From assembly GCA_028717645.1 (NCBI GenBank), contig JAQUNK010000004.1:16349-80348 (forward strand): DNA of 64,000 nt, read 5' to 3'. The notes below the pieces were generated by a model that did not search any database, had not been told where the DNA came from, and saw only the letters and a list, made by a program, of their open reading frames with translations. Source of the stretch: Candidatus Omnitrophota bacterium (GTDB lineage: Bacteria; Omnitrophota; Gorgyraeia; Gygaellales; JAMWDD01). Shown one piece after another: positions 1 through 9,539 of the stretch (position 1 is the stretch's first letter; every line of letters begins with the position of its first letter). The position numbers and the translations under genes were made by a program.

Positions 1-633
1 ACTTCCTCTTCTTTCTCACCCATCCCCAGCATTAATGAAGATTTGGTAAGCATGTTCGGCGCCAGCCTTTTAGTATGCTCAAGAATTTTTAAAGAAACTG
101 CATACTTGGCCCCCGGACGAACTTGCGGATAAAGGCGCGGAACCGTTTCCAGATTATGGGCCAGGACATCGGGCGAAGAACGGATTACTTTTTCCAAAGC
201 ATTATCATTACCCTGAAAATCCGGAACAAGTAATTCGATTTTTGCTTCGGGTATGTTACTGCGTAAGATCTCTACGGTCCCGGCAAAGTGCCCCGCACCG
301 CCGTCTTCGAGGTCATCGCGCGTAACAGAAGTGATCACGATATATTTTAACCTTAAGCCCTTCGCTGCCTCTAGAATGCGCCACACTTCAGCCGGGTCTA
401 CCGGATCAGGCTTGAGGCCTTTTTTTACCGCGCAGAAAAAGCAGTTACGCGTGCAGGTATCCCCCAAAAGCATGAATGTAGCGCACCCTGCCTTGAAACA
501 GCGGCTTAAATTAGGGCAATGGGCACTCGCACATACGGTATTTATTTTGAGTTGTTTAAAAAAATTTAATTTTGTAAATGTCTCCTGCGCAGGAATTTCC
601 TGTTTAAAGACTACGGGGAATTTTTTCATTTGA
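1..633 (-). CDS. lipA: Lipoyl synthase LipA (N-terminal part; 3' end runs off the window)
   Basis: Reverse-strand translation starting at the ATG at 633 gives MKKFPVVFKQ...CPNLSRCF...ATFMLLGDTCTRNCFFCAV...VITSVTRDDLEDGGAGHF, the classic LipA cysteine motifs. The listed plus-strand ORF 253..633 is its shadow. Confidence 0.85.
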
Positions 634-823
634 AGCAGGACACAAAACAAGTGACGGACCGGTCATAGGTTTTTTCTTTTTCCGGAGGGAAAAAACATCC
701 GGGGACCTGGCTGACGCTACGATGGAACGCCACGCATTCGCAGCAGCAACCCTTGCGGTCACAGGGATAATAACTACAGGTACAATTTTTGAGATTTTCT
801 TTTTGGTTGGGGCATTTCTTCAT
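626..823 (-). CDS. Small cysteine-rich protein (putative metal-binding), overlaps lipA start by 8 nt
   Basis: 65 aa with the cluster CTCSYYPCDRKGCCCECVAFH. It lies between panD and lipA in the same orientation. No confident family assignment. Confidence 0.35.
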   Translation of the reverse strand: MKKCPNQKENLKNCTCSYYPCDRKGCCCECVAFHRSVSQVPGCFFPPEKEKTYDRSVTCFVSCFK

Positions 824-831
824 AATGGACC

Positions 832-1191
832 CTAACCTTTCATCTGGTTCTTTTCGTCTACGTGTACGATCTTCGGGCTTAATTGCCTGGCCTTTTCTTC
901 TTCGATCAGCGCGTAGCAGACGATGATTATTTCATCCCCCACATAGCCCCAGCGTGCTGCCGGGCCGTGCAGGCAGACCTCACCTGAGCCTTTTTTACCT
1001 TTGATAGCGTAAGTTTCGAAACGTGAGCCGTTATTTAAATTAAACACCTCTATTTTTTCACCCGGGATAATATCCGCTTTTTCTAAAAGTGCCTCATCGA
1101 TCAGGAGGCTGCCTTCATAGTGCAGGTGGACACCGGTAATTCTGGCCCTATGGATCTTCGATTTTAAGATTGTACGTAACATTTTGGACAC
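832..1191 (-). CDS. panD: Aspartate 1-decarboxylase
   Basis: 119 aa starting MLRTILKSKIHRARIT, with the YEGS pyruvoyl-forming region. The length is typical for PanD. Confidence 0.9.
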   Translation of the reverse strand: MSKMLRTILKSKIHRARITGVHLHYEGSLLIDEALLEKADIIPGEKIEVFNLNNGSRFETYAIKGKKGSGEVCLHGPAARWGYVGDEIIIVCYALIEEEKARQLSPKIVHVDEKNQMKG

Positions 1192-1201
1192 CTCGCTTAT
1201 T

Positions 1202-2254
1202 TTATTTTGTGATTTCGTACGATTGCCGGGCGATCATCAGTTCTTCGTTTGTCGGTATAACCAGAACTTTGGGTTGTTTTTTAAAATGAGAGAACAGGTT
1301 TTTAGTAACTGCCCTGCGTATATCCGCCTGGTTCTCTCCGATGCCCGCGGTAAAAACCAGCACGTCTAATCCGCCCATTACCGCGGTATAGGCGCCGATA
1401 TATTTCTTGATACGATAGACGAATATTTCTAAAGCGAGCCTGGCGCGTTTGTTTTTCTTTCTTGCCGCGCGCTCGATCAGGCGCATATCATTGCCTATCC
1501 CGGAAATGCCCAAAAGGCCGCTTTTTTTATTCAGGATATGTTCCATTTGATCAAGATTTAATTTGAGCTTACGCATCACGTAAAATATTGCCGCCGGATC
1601 GACGTCGCCGGAGCGCGTGCCCATCACCAGGCCCTCTAAAGGAGTAAAACCCATGCTTGTATCCACCGACTCACCGAATTTCGTGGCGGTGATACTACAG
1701 CCGTTCCCCAGGTGGCAGGTAATAATTTTTAATTTATTGAACGGTTTTTTTAGTTTACGGCTGGCAGTGCGCGCCACATATTCATGGCTGGTGCCGTGGA
1801 AACCGTATTTCCTTACTCCCAGATTTTTGTAATATTCGTAAGGCAGGCCGTAGGTATAAACGTAATCTTTTAAGGTCTGGTAAAATGCGGTGTCGAACAC
1901 CGCCACCTGCGGAGTGCCGGGAAGAAGTTTTTTACAGGCCAGGATGCCCATCAGGTTGGCCGGATTATGCAAAGGCGCAAGGCCGGCACAATCTTTTATA
2001 TCCCTAAGCACCGCGGTATTTATCAGGATGGGTTTTCTGAATTTTTCGCAGCCATGCACCACGCGGTGGCCCACGCAGGAAACATTGTTTATTTTATCCA
2101 GGATCGATTTCAGGCCCTGATAATGGTCTTTTATTTTAGAGCCCTTTTCGCCGATATGCTCGATGAGCCCCTTAGAGATCAGTTTTTCATCGGGCATGCT
2201 GAAAAGTTTGTATTTTATGGAAGAACTGCCGCTATTGATAACCAGGATATGCAT
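1202..2254 (-). CDS. ackA: Acetate/propionate/butyrate kinase family protein
   Basis: MHILVINSGSSSIKYKLF at the N-terminus, plus GFHGTSH and TNEELMIA motifs. At 350 aa it is closer to butyrate-kinase length, so substrate is uncertain. Confidence 0.8.
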   Translation of the reverse strand: MHILVINSGSSSIKYKLFSMPDEKLISKGLIEHIGEKGSKIKDHYQGLKSILDKINNVSCVGHRVVHGCEKFRKPILINTAVLRDIKDCAGLAPLHNPANLMGILACKKLLPGTPQVAVFDTAFYQTLKDYVYTYGLPYEYYKNLGVRKYGFHGTSHEYVARTASRKLKKPFNKLKIITCHLGNGCSITATKFGESVDTSMGFTPLEGLVMGTRSGDVDPAAIFYVMRKLKLNLDQMEHILNKKSGLLGISGIGNDMRLIERAARKKNKRARLALEIFVYRIKKYIGAYTAVMGGLDVLVFTAGIGENQADIRRAVTKNLFSHFKKQPKVLVIPTNEELMIARQSYEITK

Positions 2255-2255
2255 A

Positions 2256-3191
2256 TTATTTGCTCTGCGCCCTGATCGCGGTCACTGCCACACAATTGAC
2301 GATCTCATCCACCCCGCATCCGCGGGAAAGGTCGCTGCATGGTTTATTTAAACCGACGATCAAAGGGCCGATGGCGCTGGCGCGGGCCAGGCGCTGGGTA
2401 AGTTTATAACAGATGTTGCCGGCTTCTAAGTTCGGGAAGATCAGCACATTGGCATTGCCCTTTAAAGGGCTGTCCACGCATTTTATCTCGGATACCTCCG
2501 GGACGATCGCTGCATCAGCCTGGAGTTCTCCGTCGATCAATAGATCCGGTTTTGCCTCGCGCGCCAATGTCAGGGCCTGCCTGACCTTATCGATCAGCTC
2601 ACCCCTGGCTGAGCCTTTGGTCGAATAACTCAAAAGGGCCACCCGCGGGGTGATCTCCAGGACCTTCTGGGCCAATTGCGCGGCGGAAATAGCTATCTTG
2701 GCCAATTGTGACGGTGAAGGATCAGGGATGATCCCGCAATCAGCATAAACAAAAGTCCCCCTGTCCCCGTAACTACAATCCGGCACTTCCATGATAAAAC
2801 AACTGGATACCGTGCCGATCTCATCGTCCACCCCCAGGCAATGTAAAGCCGCGCGGACCACATCTGCAGTAGTGTGCGCGGATCCGGCGACAAAACCATC
2901 TACCAGCCCATCACGCGTCATCATTGCCGCGTAAAAAAGCGAATCCTCGAAGATCTTACGCACCTCATCCAGGGTGATACCTTTGGCCTTACGCAGTTCA
3001 TAATACTGTTGGATATATTTCTCTTTGAGCTTGGCGTCAATTTTATCCTTATCCAGCACAACCACCTTAGCCAGGCCTTTCTTCCTGATGATCTCTGCCG
3101 CTTCCAGTATGCGCCGGTCTTCTGACTCCGGCAGGACGATGGTCTTTAATTCCCTTTTTGCCTTCAGGTGTATCCTCTCGACCGTATTCAT
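2256..3191 (-). CDS. pta: Phosphate acetyl/butyryl-transferase catalytic domain (PTA_PTB family)
   Basis: 311 aa aligning with the C-terminal catalytic half of E. coli Pta (…AHTTADVVRAAL…, …IFPNLEAGNI…, …DLSRG…). It sits immediately upstream of ack. Confidence 0.8.
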   Translation of the reverse strand: MNTVERIHLKAKRELKTIVLPESEDRRILEAAEIIRKKGLAKVVVLDKDKIDAKLKEKYIQQYYELRKAKGITLDEVRKIFEDSLFYAAMMTRDGLVDGFVAGSAHTTADVVRAALHCLGVDDEIGTVSSCFIMEVPDCSYGDRGTFVYADCGIIPDPSPSQLAKIAISAAQLAQKVLEITPRVALLSYSTKGSARGELIDKVRQALTLAREAKPDLLIDGELQADAAIVPEVSEIKCVDSPLKGNANVLIFPNLEAGNICYKLTQRLARASAIGPLIVGLNKPCSDLSRGCGVDEIVNCVAVTAIRAQSK

Positions 3192-3207
3192 AAATTAATG
3201 CCCTCGC

Positions 3208-4299
3208 TTATTTGATTTTTTTTAAAAGTTTATCGATATTTACGTGGTTCTCGACCAATTTTACTGCCAGATCTATTTTTTCTTTGTCCTGGGGCTGCAT
3301 CTTAACGATCAGGTCGTGCATTTCAGAAACCACGGCGTAAGTATCCTCTTTAGAAAATAAAAGCGGAATATTTTTCTTATCAAACGCCTCGATGGTCTCT
3401 TTCTGGGGAGTAAAATTCCCCGTGATGATAACGCCGGAGATCCTTAAGTCATCCCGATGCGCCTGGAGTGCCAGGCTCAAAATATCTTCGCGGTCGCCGG
3501 GGGTGATCAAAAGGCAACGGTCCTTAAAATATTTGGCGGCGTCATTTGCCTGCATCGCGCCCACGAGTATCCGGGAGACACTATTATTCAAAGACCCCTG
3601 GGCCGAGAGAAGTTTTAAGCTCGTCTCTTCTAAGATCTGCCTGATGGTCGGATAGGAAAGTTCGGGATAATACGGAATAACCCCCAGGACATCAACCCCT
3701 TTTCTTTCTAAGCCGCGCCTGACCAGCTTGCTTATCTTATCGTATTTCTCCGGCAACACCTTGTTTACGATGACACCGGCGAGCTTCACCCCTTCGCGTT
3801 CAAAGAGCGCTTTGTTGAGCATAATTTCATCGATCGGCCGGCCCACTCCACCGGAAGAAATAATGATCACCTTCGAGCCCAGTAATTTTGCCACGTAAGC
3901 ATTGGAATGATCAAAAACCGAACCCACTCCGGCATGCCCGGTGCCCTCGATGATCACCATATCCTGCTTATGCTTGATGCGCTTGAAAGATTCCTTGATG
4001 TGGTTGGAGATCTCTTTTTTATTCTGCTTCTGGATATAATTCTCGGTGAAACCCTTTTCTACAGCCACCGGGCTCATATCCTTGATCCCATACCTTATGC
4101 CGTGCGCGCCGGCGGTCTTTTCGATGAGCAATGAATCTTCGTCTATCTTCTGGCCGTCTTCCTGCAGGTATCTCTGGCCGATCGGCTTGATAAAACCGAT
4201 GTTTTTAAACCTTTTCTTTAAATTGATGATCAGGCCCAGTGCTATCGTGGTCTTCCCATCATTCTGCTTAGTGGCGGCAATGAATACGCGCTTACTCAT
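3208..4299 (-). CDS. Pta N-terminal regulatory-domain homolog (BioD-like P-loop + DRTGG) encoded as a separate ORF
   Basis: Starts with a GKTT P-loop at the N-terminus. GVIVNKV, PGDREDI and ITGNFTP segments match the N-terminal half of long-form Pta. It is followed by the separate catalytic ORF. Confidence 0.65.
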   Translation of the reverse strand: MSKRVFIAATKQNDGKTTIALGLIINLKKRFKNIGFIKPIGQRYLQEDGQKIDEDSLLIEKTAGAHGIRYGIKDMSPVAVEKGFTENYIQKQNKKEISNHIKESFKRIKHKQDMVIIEGTGHAGVGSVFDHSNAYVAKLLGSKVIIISSGGVGRPIDEIMLNKALFEREGVKLAGVIVNKVLPEKYDKISKLVRRGLERKGVDVLGVIPYYPELSYPTIRQILEETSLKLLSAQGSLNNSVSRILVGAMQANDAAKYFKDRCLLITPGDREDILSLALQAHRDDLRISGVIITGNFTPQKETIEAFDKKNIPLLFSKEDTYAVVSEMHDLIVKMQPQDKEKIDLAVKLVENHVNIDKLLKKIK

Positions 4300-4616
4300 A
4301 AATTATTTTCTATTTTTTTCTTCAGCTGCGACTTGTTCAACGCGCCCACAACCTGCTCCTGTACCTGGCCATTCTTAAAAAACATGAGCGTAGGTATGGA
4401 CATAATACCGTATTCCGCGGCGATCTTGCGGCTCTCATCGATATTCACTTTAGCGAATTTTATTTTCCCTTCGTACTCTTTGGCCAGCTCTTCTAAGGCC
4501 GGAGCGATCATCTTACAGGGGCCGCACCACTCCGCCCAGAAATCCACCAGGACCGGCATAGTAGAACTAGAAATTTCTTTTTTGAAATTTTTTTCGTCAA
4601 AGTGATGTATGGACAT
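4296..4616 (-). CDS. trxA: Thioredoxin
   Basis: 106 aa containing the WAEWCGPCK active site. Confidence 0.9.
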   Translation of the reverse strand: MSIHHFDEKNFKKEISSSTMPVLVDFWAEWCGPCKMIAPALEELAKEYEGKIKFAKVNIDESRKIAAEYGIMSIPTLMFFKNGQVQEQVVGALNKSQLKKKIENNL

Positions 4617-4648
4617 GTCCTTAGTTTCCTTTCTTTTATAAAAATAAA

Positions 4649-5374
4649 TTAAGTGTTGTTGGTGGTCGAAAAGGCGAGGTTACGGTCAATAAACTCCAGG
4701 ATCTTTTTCTGCGTCGCGCTTGTAAGATTAGAGAACGCCACGCCCATCCCGGGGTAATATTGCGGCTGGATCTGTTTGTCGCAAAGCCAGACTACGGTTG
4801 CCTCTATATCTATCTCTCCCGGCTTAGGAATAAGATACATCTTCAGGTCCAGGTTATCATGCAGAGCAAGTTTGCTTTCTCCCATGATATAAGCGCCTAC
4901 TGCGCTTAAGTCCAATATTTCACCGGCCCTGTATTCCGAATCTTTTGTGCCTTGCGGCTTATATTCCACCTTGATCTTTACCGGCAGCCGCTTAAACCGG
5001 CGGCGTAAAGGCTTTCTTTTTATCTTCTCGATGATCCGGTCTTCCTTAAAGGTATTCAGGCCCAGCTCTTCCGAGGGATATATCTCAAAGGTTTTATCCA
5101 GTCCCGACACGGAAAATACGCCCCGTAAATGCGAGGGAACGCCCGCGAACTTCATCCTGCCGCCGTTATTCACCACTTCTTTGTAAGCCACGGCGATCAC
5201 CGAAATACCGGTATAATCGATGAATTCCACCTCTTCCATATTGCAAAGCAGGTCCAGCTCGCCGTTATGGATAAGGTAACCCACGGTCTCGATGAGGATG
5301 GCCGAATCTACGTCTATGCGGCCGGCCAGGTCCAGGATGGTCACACCATATTTTCTGCGGACAGATATCTCCAT
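4649..5374 (-). CDS. STAS (anti-sigma-factor antagonist) – PilZ fusion protein
   Basis: The N-terminal ~110 aa follows the SpoIIAA/STAS pattern (ILDLAGRIDVDSA…FIDYTGISVI…GGRMKFAGV…). The C-terminus carries PilZ motifs RRRFKR and DLSAVGA. Confidence 0.6.
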   Translation of the reverse strand: MEISVRRKYGVTILDLAGRIDVDSAILIETVGYLIHNGELDLLCNMEEVEFIDYTGISVIAVAYKEVVNNGGRMKFAGVPSHLRGVFSVSGLDKTFEIYPSEELGLNTFKEDRIIEKIKRKPLRRRFKRLPVKIKVEYKPQGTKDSEYRAGEILDLSAVGAYIMGESKLALHDNLDLKMYLIPKPGEIDIEATVVWLCDKQIQPQYYPGMGVAFSNLTSATQKKILEFIDRNLAFSTTNNT

Positions 5375-5446
5375 TTAGTTACTCCTTAAATGCAAGTATT
5401 ATACCGCAAAAAATAGAATCTCAAAGGGAATTTTTAGAAGACTGGT

Positions 5447-6589
5447 TTACTGCCAGATGCCCACTATCGGGTAGCCGCAAAAAATACAGCAGCCGTCCTT
5501 AAGGTTCACTTCCAAGACCCGATAGCCGTACCTACGCACGACAACGCGCTTGCAGCGCGGGCAATAGGTATTTTCAGCCGGATGGCCCGGGACATTGCCG
5601 ATATAAACATAATGCAGGCCGGCAGCCATGGCCAGGCTCCTGGCTTTTTCCAGAGTCTCGATGGGCGTTTCCGGCAGGTTGGTCAGTTTATACTGCGGGG
5701 TGAAACGCGAGAAAAAAAGCGGGGTATCCGGGCCGAGGTGAACATAGATCCAGGCGCACATCTTTTGGATCTCATCCATATTGTCGTTTAAGCCCGGCAC
5801 GATCAGGTTGACCACTTCGGTGAATACGCCGGTTTTTTTTAATTCTACCAGTGTATTCAAAACAAACCTTAAGTTCCCGCCGACCACTTCTTTGTAAAAT
5901 TTTTCATTAAAACCTTTGAGGTCTATTTTTACCACGTCAAAATACTGTACCAGTTCTTTTAACGGTGCGGGGTTGATATATCCGGCGCTGACCAGGACAT
6001 TCTTTAGCCCGGCGGCACGGGCCAACTTTGCGGTATCCAGCACATATTCATAAAATACCGTGGGCTCGGAATAAGTATAGGCGACGGACTTTGAACCGGC
6101 GGCAATCGCATCCCTGACCACTTCTTCCGGCGTATAAATGCCGCCCTTTTCCGTTTCCGGATAGGCCTGGGATATTTCCCAATTCTGGCAAAATGTGCAT
6201 CTCAAATTACAGCCTACGGTAGCGATAGAAAAAACAGAACTGCCGGGAAGCAAATGATAAACCGGTTTTTTCTCGATCGGGTCAACGTGCACGGCCACCG
6301 GCTGGGCATAGACTAAAGTGTAAAGTTTATTCCCTGTATTCATCCTGACCCGGCAAAGGCCGCGCTCTCCCTCGGGCAGATAACAATTGAATGGGCAAAG
6401 GAAACATTGCACGCCAGTGCAGGCACTGTGCCACCAGCGGGCCGGCCGGATATAATTTTCATTTATCTTGAATATCTTATTCAGCGTATGCGGCGGTTTT
6501 ATCCAGGAGATCCCCAACGAAAGGAATACTGCCAAGATCAGCAGGCAGACCAGAATCAGCAAAATTTTAAAATTCGGTTTTTCATCCAT
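5447..6589 (-). CDS. AmmeMemoRadiSam-system radical SAM enzyme with N-terminal membrane anchor
   Basis: CNLRCTFCQNWEIS radical-SAM motif, with DPIEKKPVYHLLPGS and the C-terminal Cys pairs typical of the family. There is an N-terminal hydrophobic helix. Confidence 0.7.
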   Translation of the reverse strand: MDEKPNFKILLILVCLLILAVFLSLGISWIKPPHTLNKIFKINENYIRPARWWHSACTGVQCFLCPFNCYLPEGERGLCRVRMNTGNKLYTLVYAQPVAVHVDPIEKKPVYHLLPGSSVFSIATVGCNLRCTFCQNWEISQAYPETEKGGIYTPEEVVRDAIAAGSKSVAYTYSEPTVFYEYVLDTAKLARAAGLKNVLVSAGYINPAPLKELVQYFDVVKIDLKGFNEKFYKEVVGGNLRFVLNTLVELKKTGVFTEVVNLIVPGLNDNMDEIQKMCAWIYVHLGPDTPLFFSRFTPQYKLTNLPETPIETLEKARSLAMAAGLHYVYIGNVPGHPAENTYCPRCKRVVVRRYGYRVLEVNLKDGCCIFCGYPIVGIWQ

Positions 6590-6592
6590 CGC

Positions 6593-8746
6593 TTAATCCT
6601 TATTTACGGCCAGCAGCGCCAACAACTCCAAGCCCAGGGCAAGAATTATCGCTCCTTTAAATCCCCAGAGAGGAATGATCAACAAACCCGAAAGCAAAGC
6701 GCTTACGCTCCCGCCCCAGAGGTCAGCGGCGTATAATAAGCCGGAGACTTTTTCTAAGCGCTCTTCTTGCATGGCCAAATATCCGCTTAAAGGAAAACTA
6801 GCGCCTAAGATCATACCGCTGAGCACCAATAAAAGCGGAAAAATTATCAATAGCTTCGGGTACGCCAGCTGCGCAGCAAAAGGCAAAAAGATCATCAGGC
6901 CCAGAGAAAAAATCAGGCAGATAAGAACTAAACCATTCAAATACCTCTTCTCTATCGCTATCCCCTTTTCTTTTGCGGGCTTAACCAAGATACTGCCTAA
7001 AACCAGGCCGAGCATAAAAGCGGCAAAAAGCGCACCCATCTGCCAATAGATATAACCGGTGAATGCCTGGAAACTCAGGATCAGGACCATTTCCAATAAC
7101 ATGCTCATAAAGCCGAAAAGAAAGATAAAGATATAATAGCGGTATTTTACGAATTGCCCTCTCCTTTTGTAAAGCCGCACCAGGCCCCAGCAGAAAAGGC
7201 CAAGCATCAACAGGTTCAGGAGAAAATAATTCGGTGTAGAAAATTTCTGGATCCAGAGTTTTGAAAAATAATAATAGGCGATCGGGCTGGTATCACGGTT
7301 GATCCGCTCGTCCCTGCTTGCTAACCTTTCCAGGATGTATTGCCTGCGCTCCAAAGACAACTTATACGGAAAATACGTCGGCACGACATATTGATTATGG
7401 ATCTTCCTCTCCTCATAATTTTTTACCAGCCGCTGCTCATTTAAATTTATCGGTTCAGGGCCGGCCAAAAATAATAAGTTATCTCCGGGCACAAAATCCA
7501 CCGAAGCGAAAACAGATCTTAATGTCTTGTATATTGAGGTATTGAAGACCTGGATATCAAGCCGCAAATATTCCGCCGCAGAAGGAAGGCTAAAAGCGAG
7601 TACCCCGTCCGGCTTTAGCCTTTGTTTTAATTCCTGGTAAAACTCCTGCGTATAAAACCGGTTTGCCTGGGCATTCGCCGGTTCAGGAACATTTAAGATG
7701 ACTACGTCGTATTGCCTGGGATGGTTTTTCAGCCAGAACCGCGCATCAGCATAATGGATAAAAAGGCGCGCGTCGCTTAAGGCAGCGGCATCTTCTTTTT
7801 CCAGGTACGGCTTAAGCAATGCGGTGCTTTTTTCATCCAGCTGCACATAATCCAGCCGTTCTATGCTATATTTGAATACTTCGCGCAGCGTCCCGCTTTC
7901 GGCATTCCCCACGACGAGGATATTCTTCGGCGCACTGCTCAAAAGCATCGGCCAATGCACACCCTCTTCATAAAATGTGGCCAGGGGGAACTGCGCAGAA
8001 AGCAGGCCGTTCTCAAAAAATAATTTTAAACTGCCCATCCTGGCCAGGGCCAGATGAGCGTAGCGCGATTCTGTTTCTTCCAATAACTTAAACTTGCCCC
8101 ACTCTATTTTGCGGCTGGAGGTTTGGATATTTTTGGCAAAAAAAGCAAAAATAAGCACGCATAATACCGCTACGGCTACCGGCAATCCGATCTTTGCTTT
8201 ATTTTTTAAAAGCATAACTACGGCCATAAACAAAGTCAGCATGCTTAAAATAATTGCCAGATAAAATACCGGGATCCGGCCGACAAAGAGATAAGTAAAA
8301 AGCGCTCCACCCAGCACACTACCCAGGCATTCCAGATAATATACCTTTTTTAGGGCTGCCTTTTCCCCTTTTTCATTCGCTAAGCTACAAGCCAGCGGGA
8401 ACATATTGCCCAACAAAATACAGTAAAGGCTTAAGCTAATAAAGGTGGTGGCGAACATCGGCAGCGGCCCTAATATCGTGCCGAAATAAAAAAAACTTTT
8501 GGCGACACGAATAGAAATAATTTCTAAGGGCAGTAATACTGCGGCTAAGACCAACAGATACGGAAAGTTACGTGAGAAAAACTTTTTGCTGCTGCCTACC
8601 CCAACCCAAAAGAGCCAGGCGGAAAGTGCCGTGCCGATAAAAAGCTCATTGCCATAGAACACAATCGACAGCTCACGAAATATGATCAGCTGGCTAACTA
8701 TGGCCAAAAATCCGTAAAAAATGAAAGTTAAATTATATATAATCAT
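6593..8746 (-). CDS. Fused polytopic membrane protein / spermidine synthase-like (aminopropyltransferase) protein
   Basis: 717 aa. Many predicted TM helices sit at both ends around a central SpeE-like segment (VVILNVPEPANAQANRFYTQEFYQELKQRLKPDGVLAF). Confidence 0.6.
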   Translation of the reverse strand: MIIYNLTFIFYGFLAIVSQLIIFRELSIVFYGNELFIGTALSAWLFWVGVGSSKKFFSRNFPYLLVLAAVLLPLEIISIRVAKSFFYFGTILGPLPMFATTFISLSLYCILLGNMFPLACSLANEKGEKAALKKVYYLECLGSVLGGALFTYLFVGRIPVFYLAIILSMLTLFMAVVMLLKNKAKIGLPVAVAVLCVLIFAFFAKNIQTSSRKIEWGKFKLLEETESRYAHLALARMGSLKLFFENGLLSAQFPLATFYEEGVHWPMLLSSAPKNILVVGNAESGTLREVFKYSIERLDYVQLDEKSTALLKPYLEKEDAAALSDARLFIHYADARFWLKNHPRQYDVVILNVPEPANAQANRFYTQEFYQELKQRLKPDGVLAFSLPSAAEYLRLDIQVFNTSIYKTLRSVFASVDFVPGDNLLFLAGPEPINLNEQRLVKNYEERKIHNQYVVPTYFPYKLSLERRQYILERLASRDERINRDTSPIAYYYFSKLWIQKFSTPNYFLLNLLMLGLFCWGLVRLYKRRGQFVKYRYYIFIFLFGFMSMLLEMVLILSFQAFTGYIYWQMGALFAAFMLGLVLGSILVKPAKEKGIAIEKRYLNGLVLICLIFSLGLMIFLPFAAQLAYPKLLIIFPLLLVLSGMILGASFPLSGYLAMQEERLEKVSGLLYAADLWGGSVSALLSGLLIIPLWGFKGAIILALGLELLALLAVNKD

Positions 8747-8820
8747 AATTTATACGCGGGCCCTGTCTACTGACTTACCCCGTCTCAGCAACCACCCGTT
8801 AACCCTCCTCTATTTTATAA

Positions 8821-9498
8821 CTAAAGATTTCCTGAAACGGTTTTTGTCTCCTTATCAATCCAAGGAATAGTCAAAACTTCTTGCCAATAGCCCAATATTG
8901 GTTCAATCTGAGCAAAAGAAGCAGCGCGAACAAACACATTATATTTGTTTAAAATACGCTCTAATATTTCGAAGGCATTAAATAACTCTAAGTATGTAAG
9001 GTGAATTATCTCTCTTTCTTTATCGCTATGAGCGATATATTGATCCCTGAAAGACTTAATTTTCTTGAATGGCTCTTCTTCAGTTATACACTTAATATCA
9101 CTATTAATTTTCTCAACGGGAAAAGATATTTCATTCTTACCTGCTAGATTATCGAAATCACGATTAGCAAAATACAAGTCTTCTTTGTAAAGCTTTAAGA
9201 ACCTTTCTCTTTTTAGATACTCTGTTTCCTTTTTTAGTTTATCTAGAAATTTGACTAAACTGGCAGATTTATGATGTGTATCAATTATCCTACAAATCCC
9301 AATTACTAAATCTACTGTAAAGGCATTCTGCATCCATTTTAATAAAACTCCATCCATCTTTTTTAGCTTATCATTGCTTTCAATAATTTTACTAAGTTTT
9401 TTATATAAGTCTAAATGATGGTAAACAGAGATTATTTCTTTATTTATTCTTTCCAACCAAGCTTCTATATTCTCTATTTCCTTATTTGATTCTTTCAA
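8821..9498 (-). CDS. Hypothetical protein in an AT-rich segment; possible HEPN/Abi-like (R-x5-H)
   Basis: 225 aa, Lys/Glu-rich, with codon usage visibly AT-richer than its neighbours. Contains FRDQYIAHSDKE, which fits the Rx4-6H pattern. No family recognised with confidence. Confidence 0.5.
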   Translation of the reverse strand: MKESNKEIENIEAWLERINKEIISVYHHLDLYKKLSKIIESNDKLKKMDGVLLKWMQNAFTVDLVIGICRIIDTHHKSASLVKFLDKLKKETEYLKRERFLKLYKEDLYFANRDFDNLAGKNEISFPVEKINSDIKCITEEEPFKKIKSFRDQYIAHSDKEREIIHLTYLELFNAFEILERILNKYNVFVRAASFAQIEPILGYWQEVLTIPWIDKETKTVSGNL

Positions 9499-9539
9499 TT
9501 ATCTTCCTCTCATATAGCTAGATGCATCTGGCGATTAGT

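Noticed and set aside
253-633. Plus-strand 126-aa ORF
   Set aside because: It is the antisense shadow of lipA, whose Cys motifs read cleanly on the minus strand. The plus-strand product has no recognisable features.
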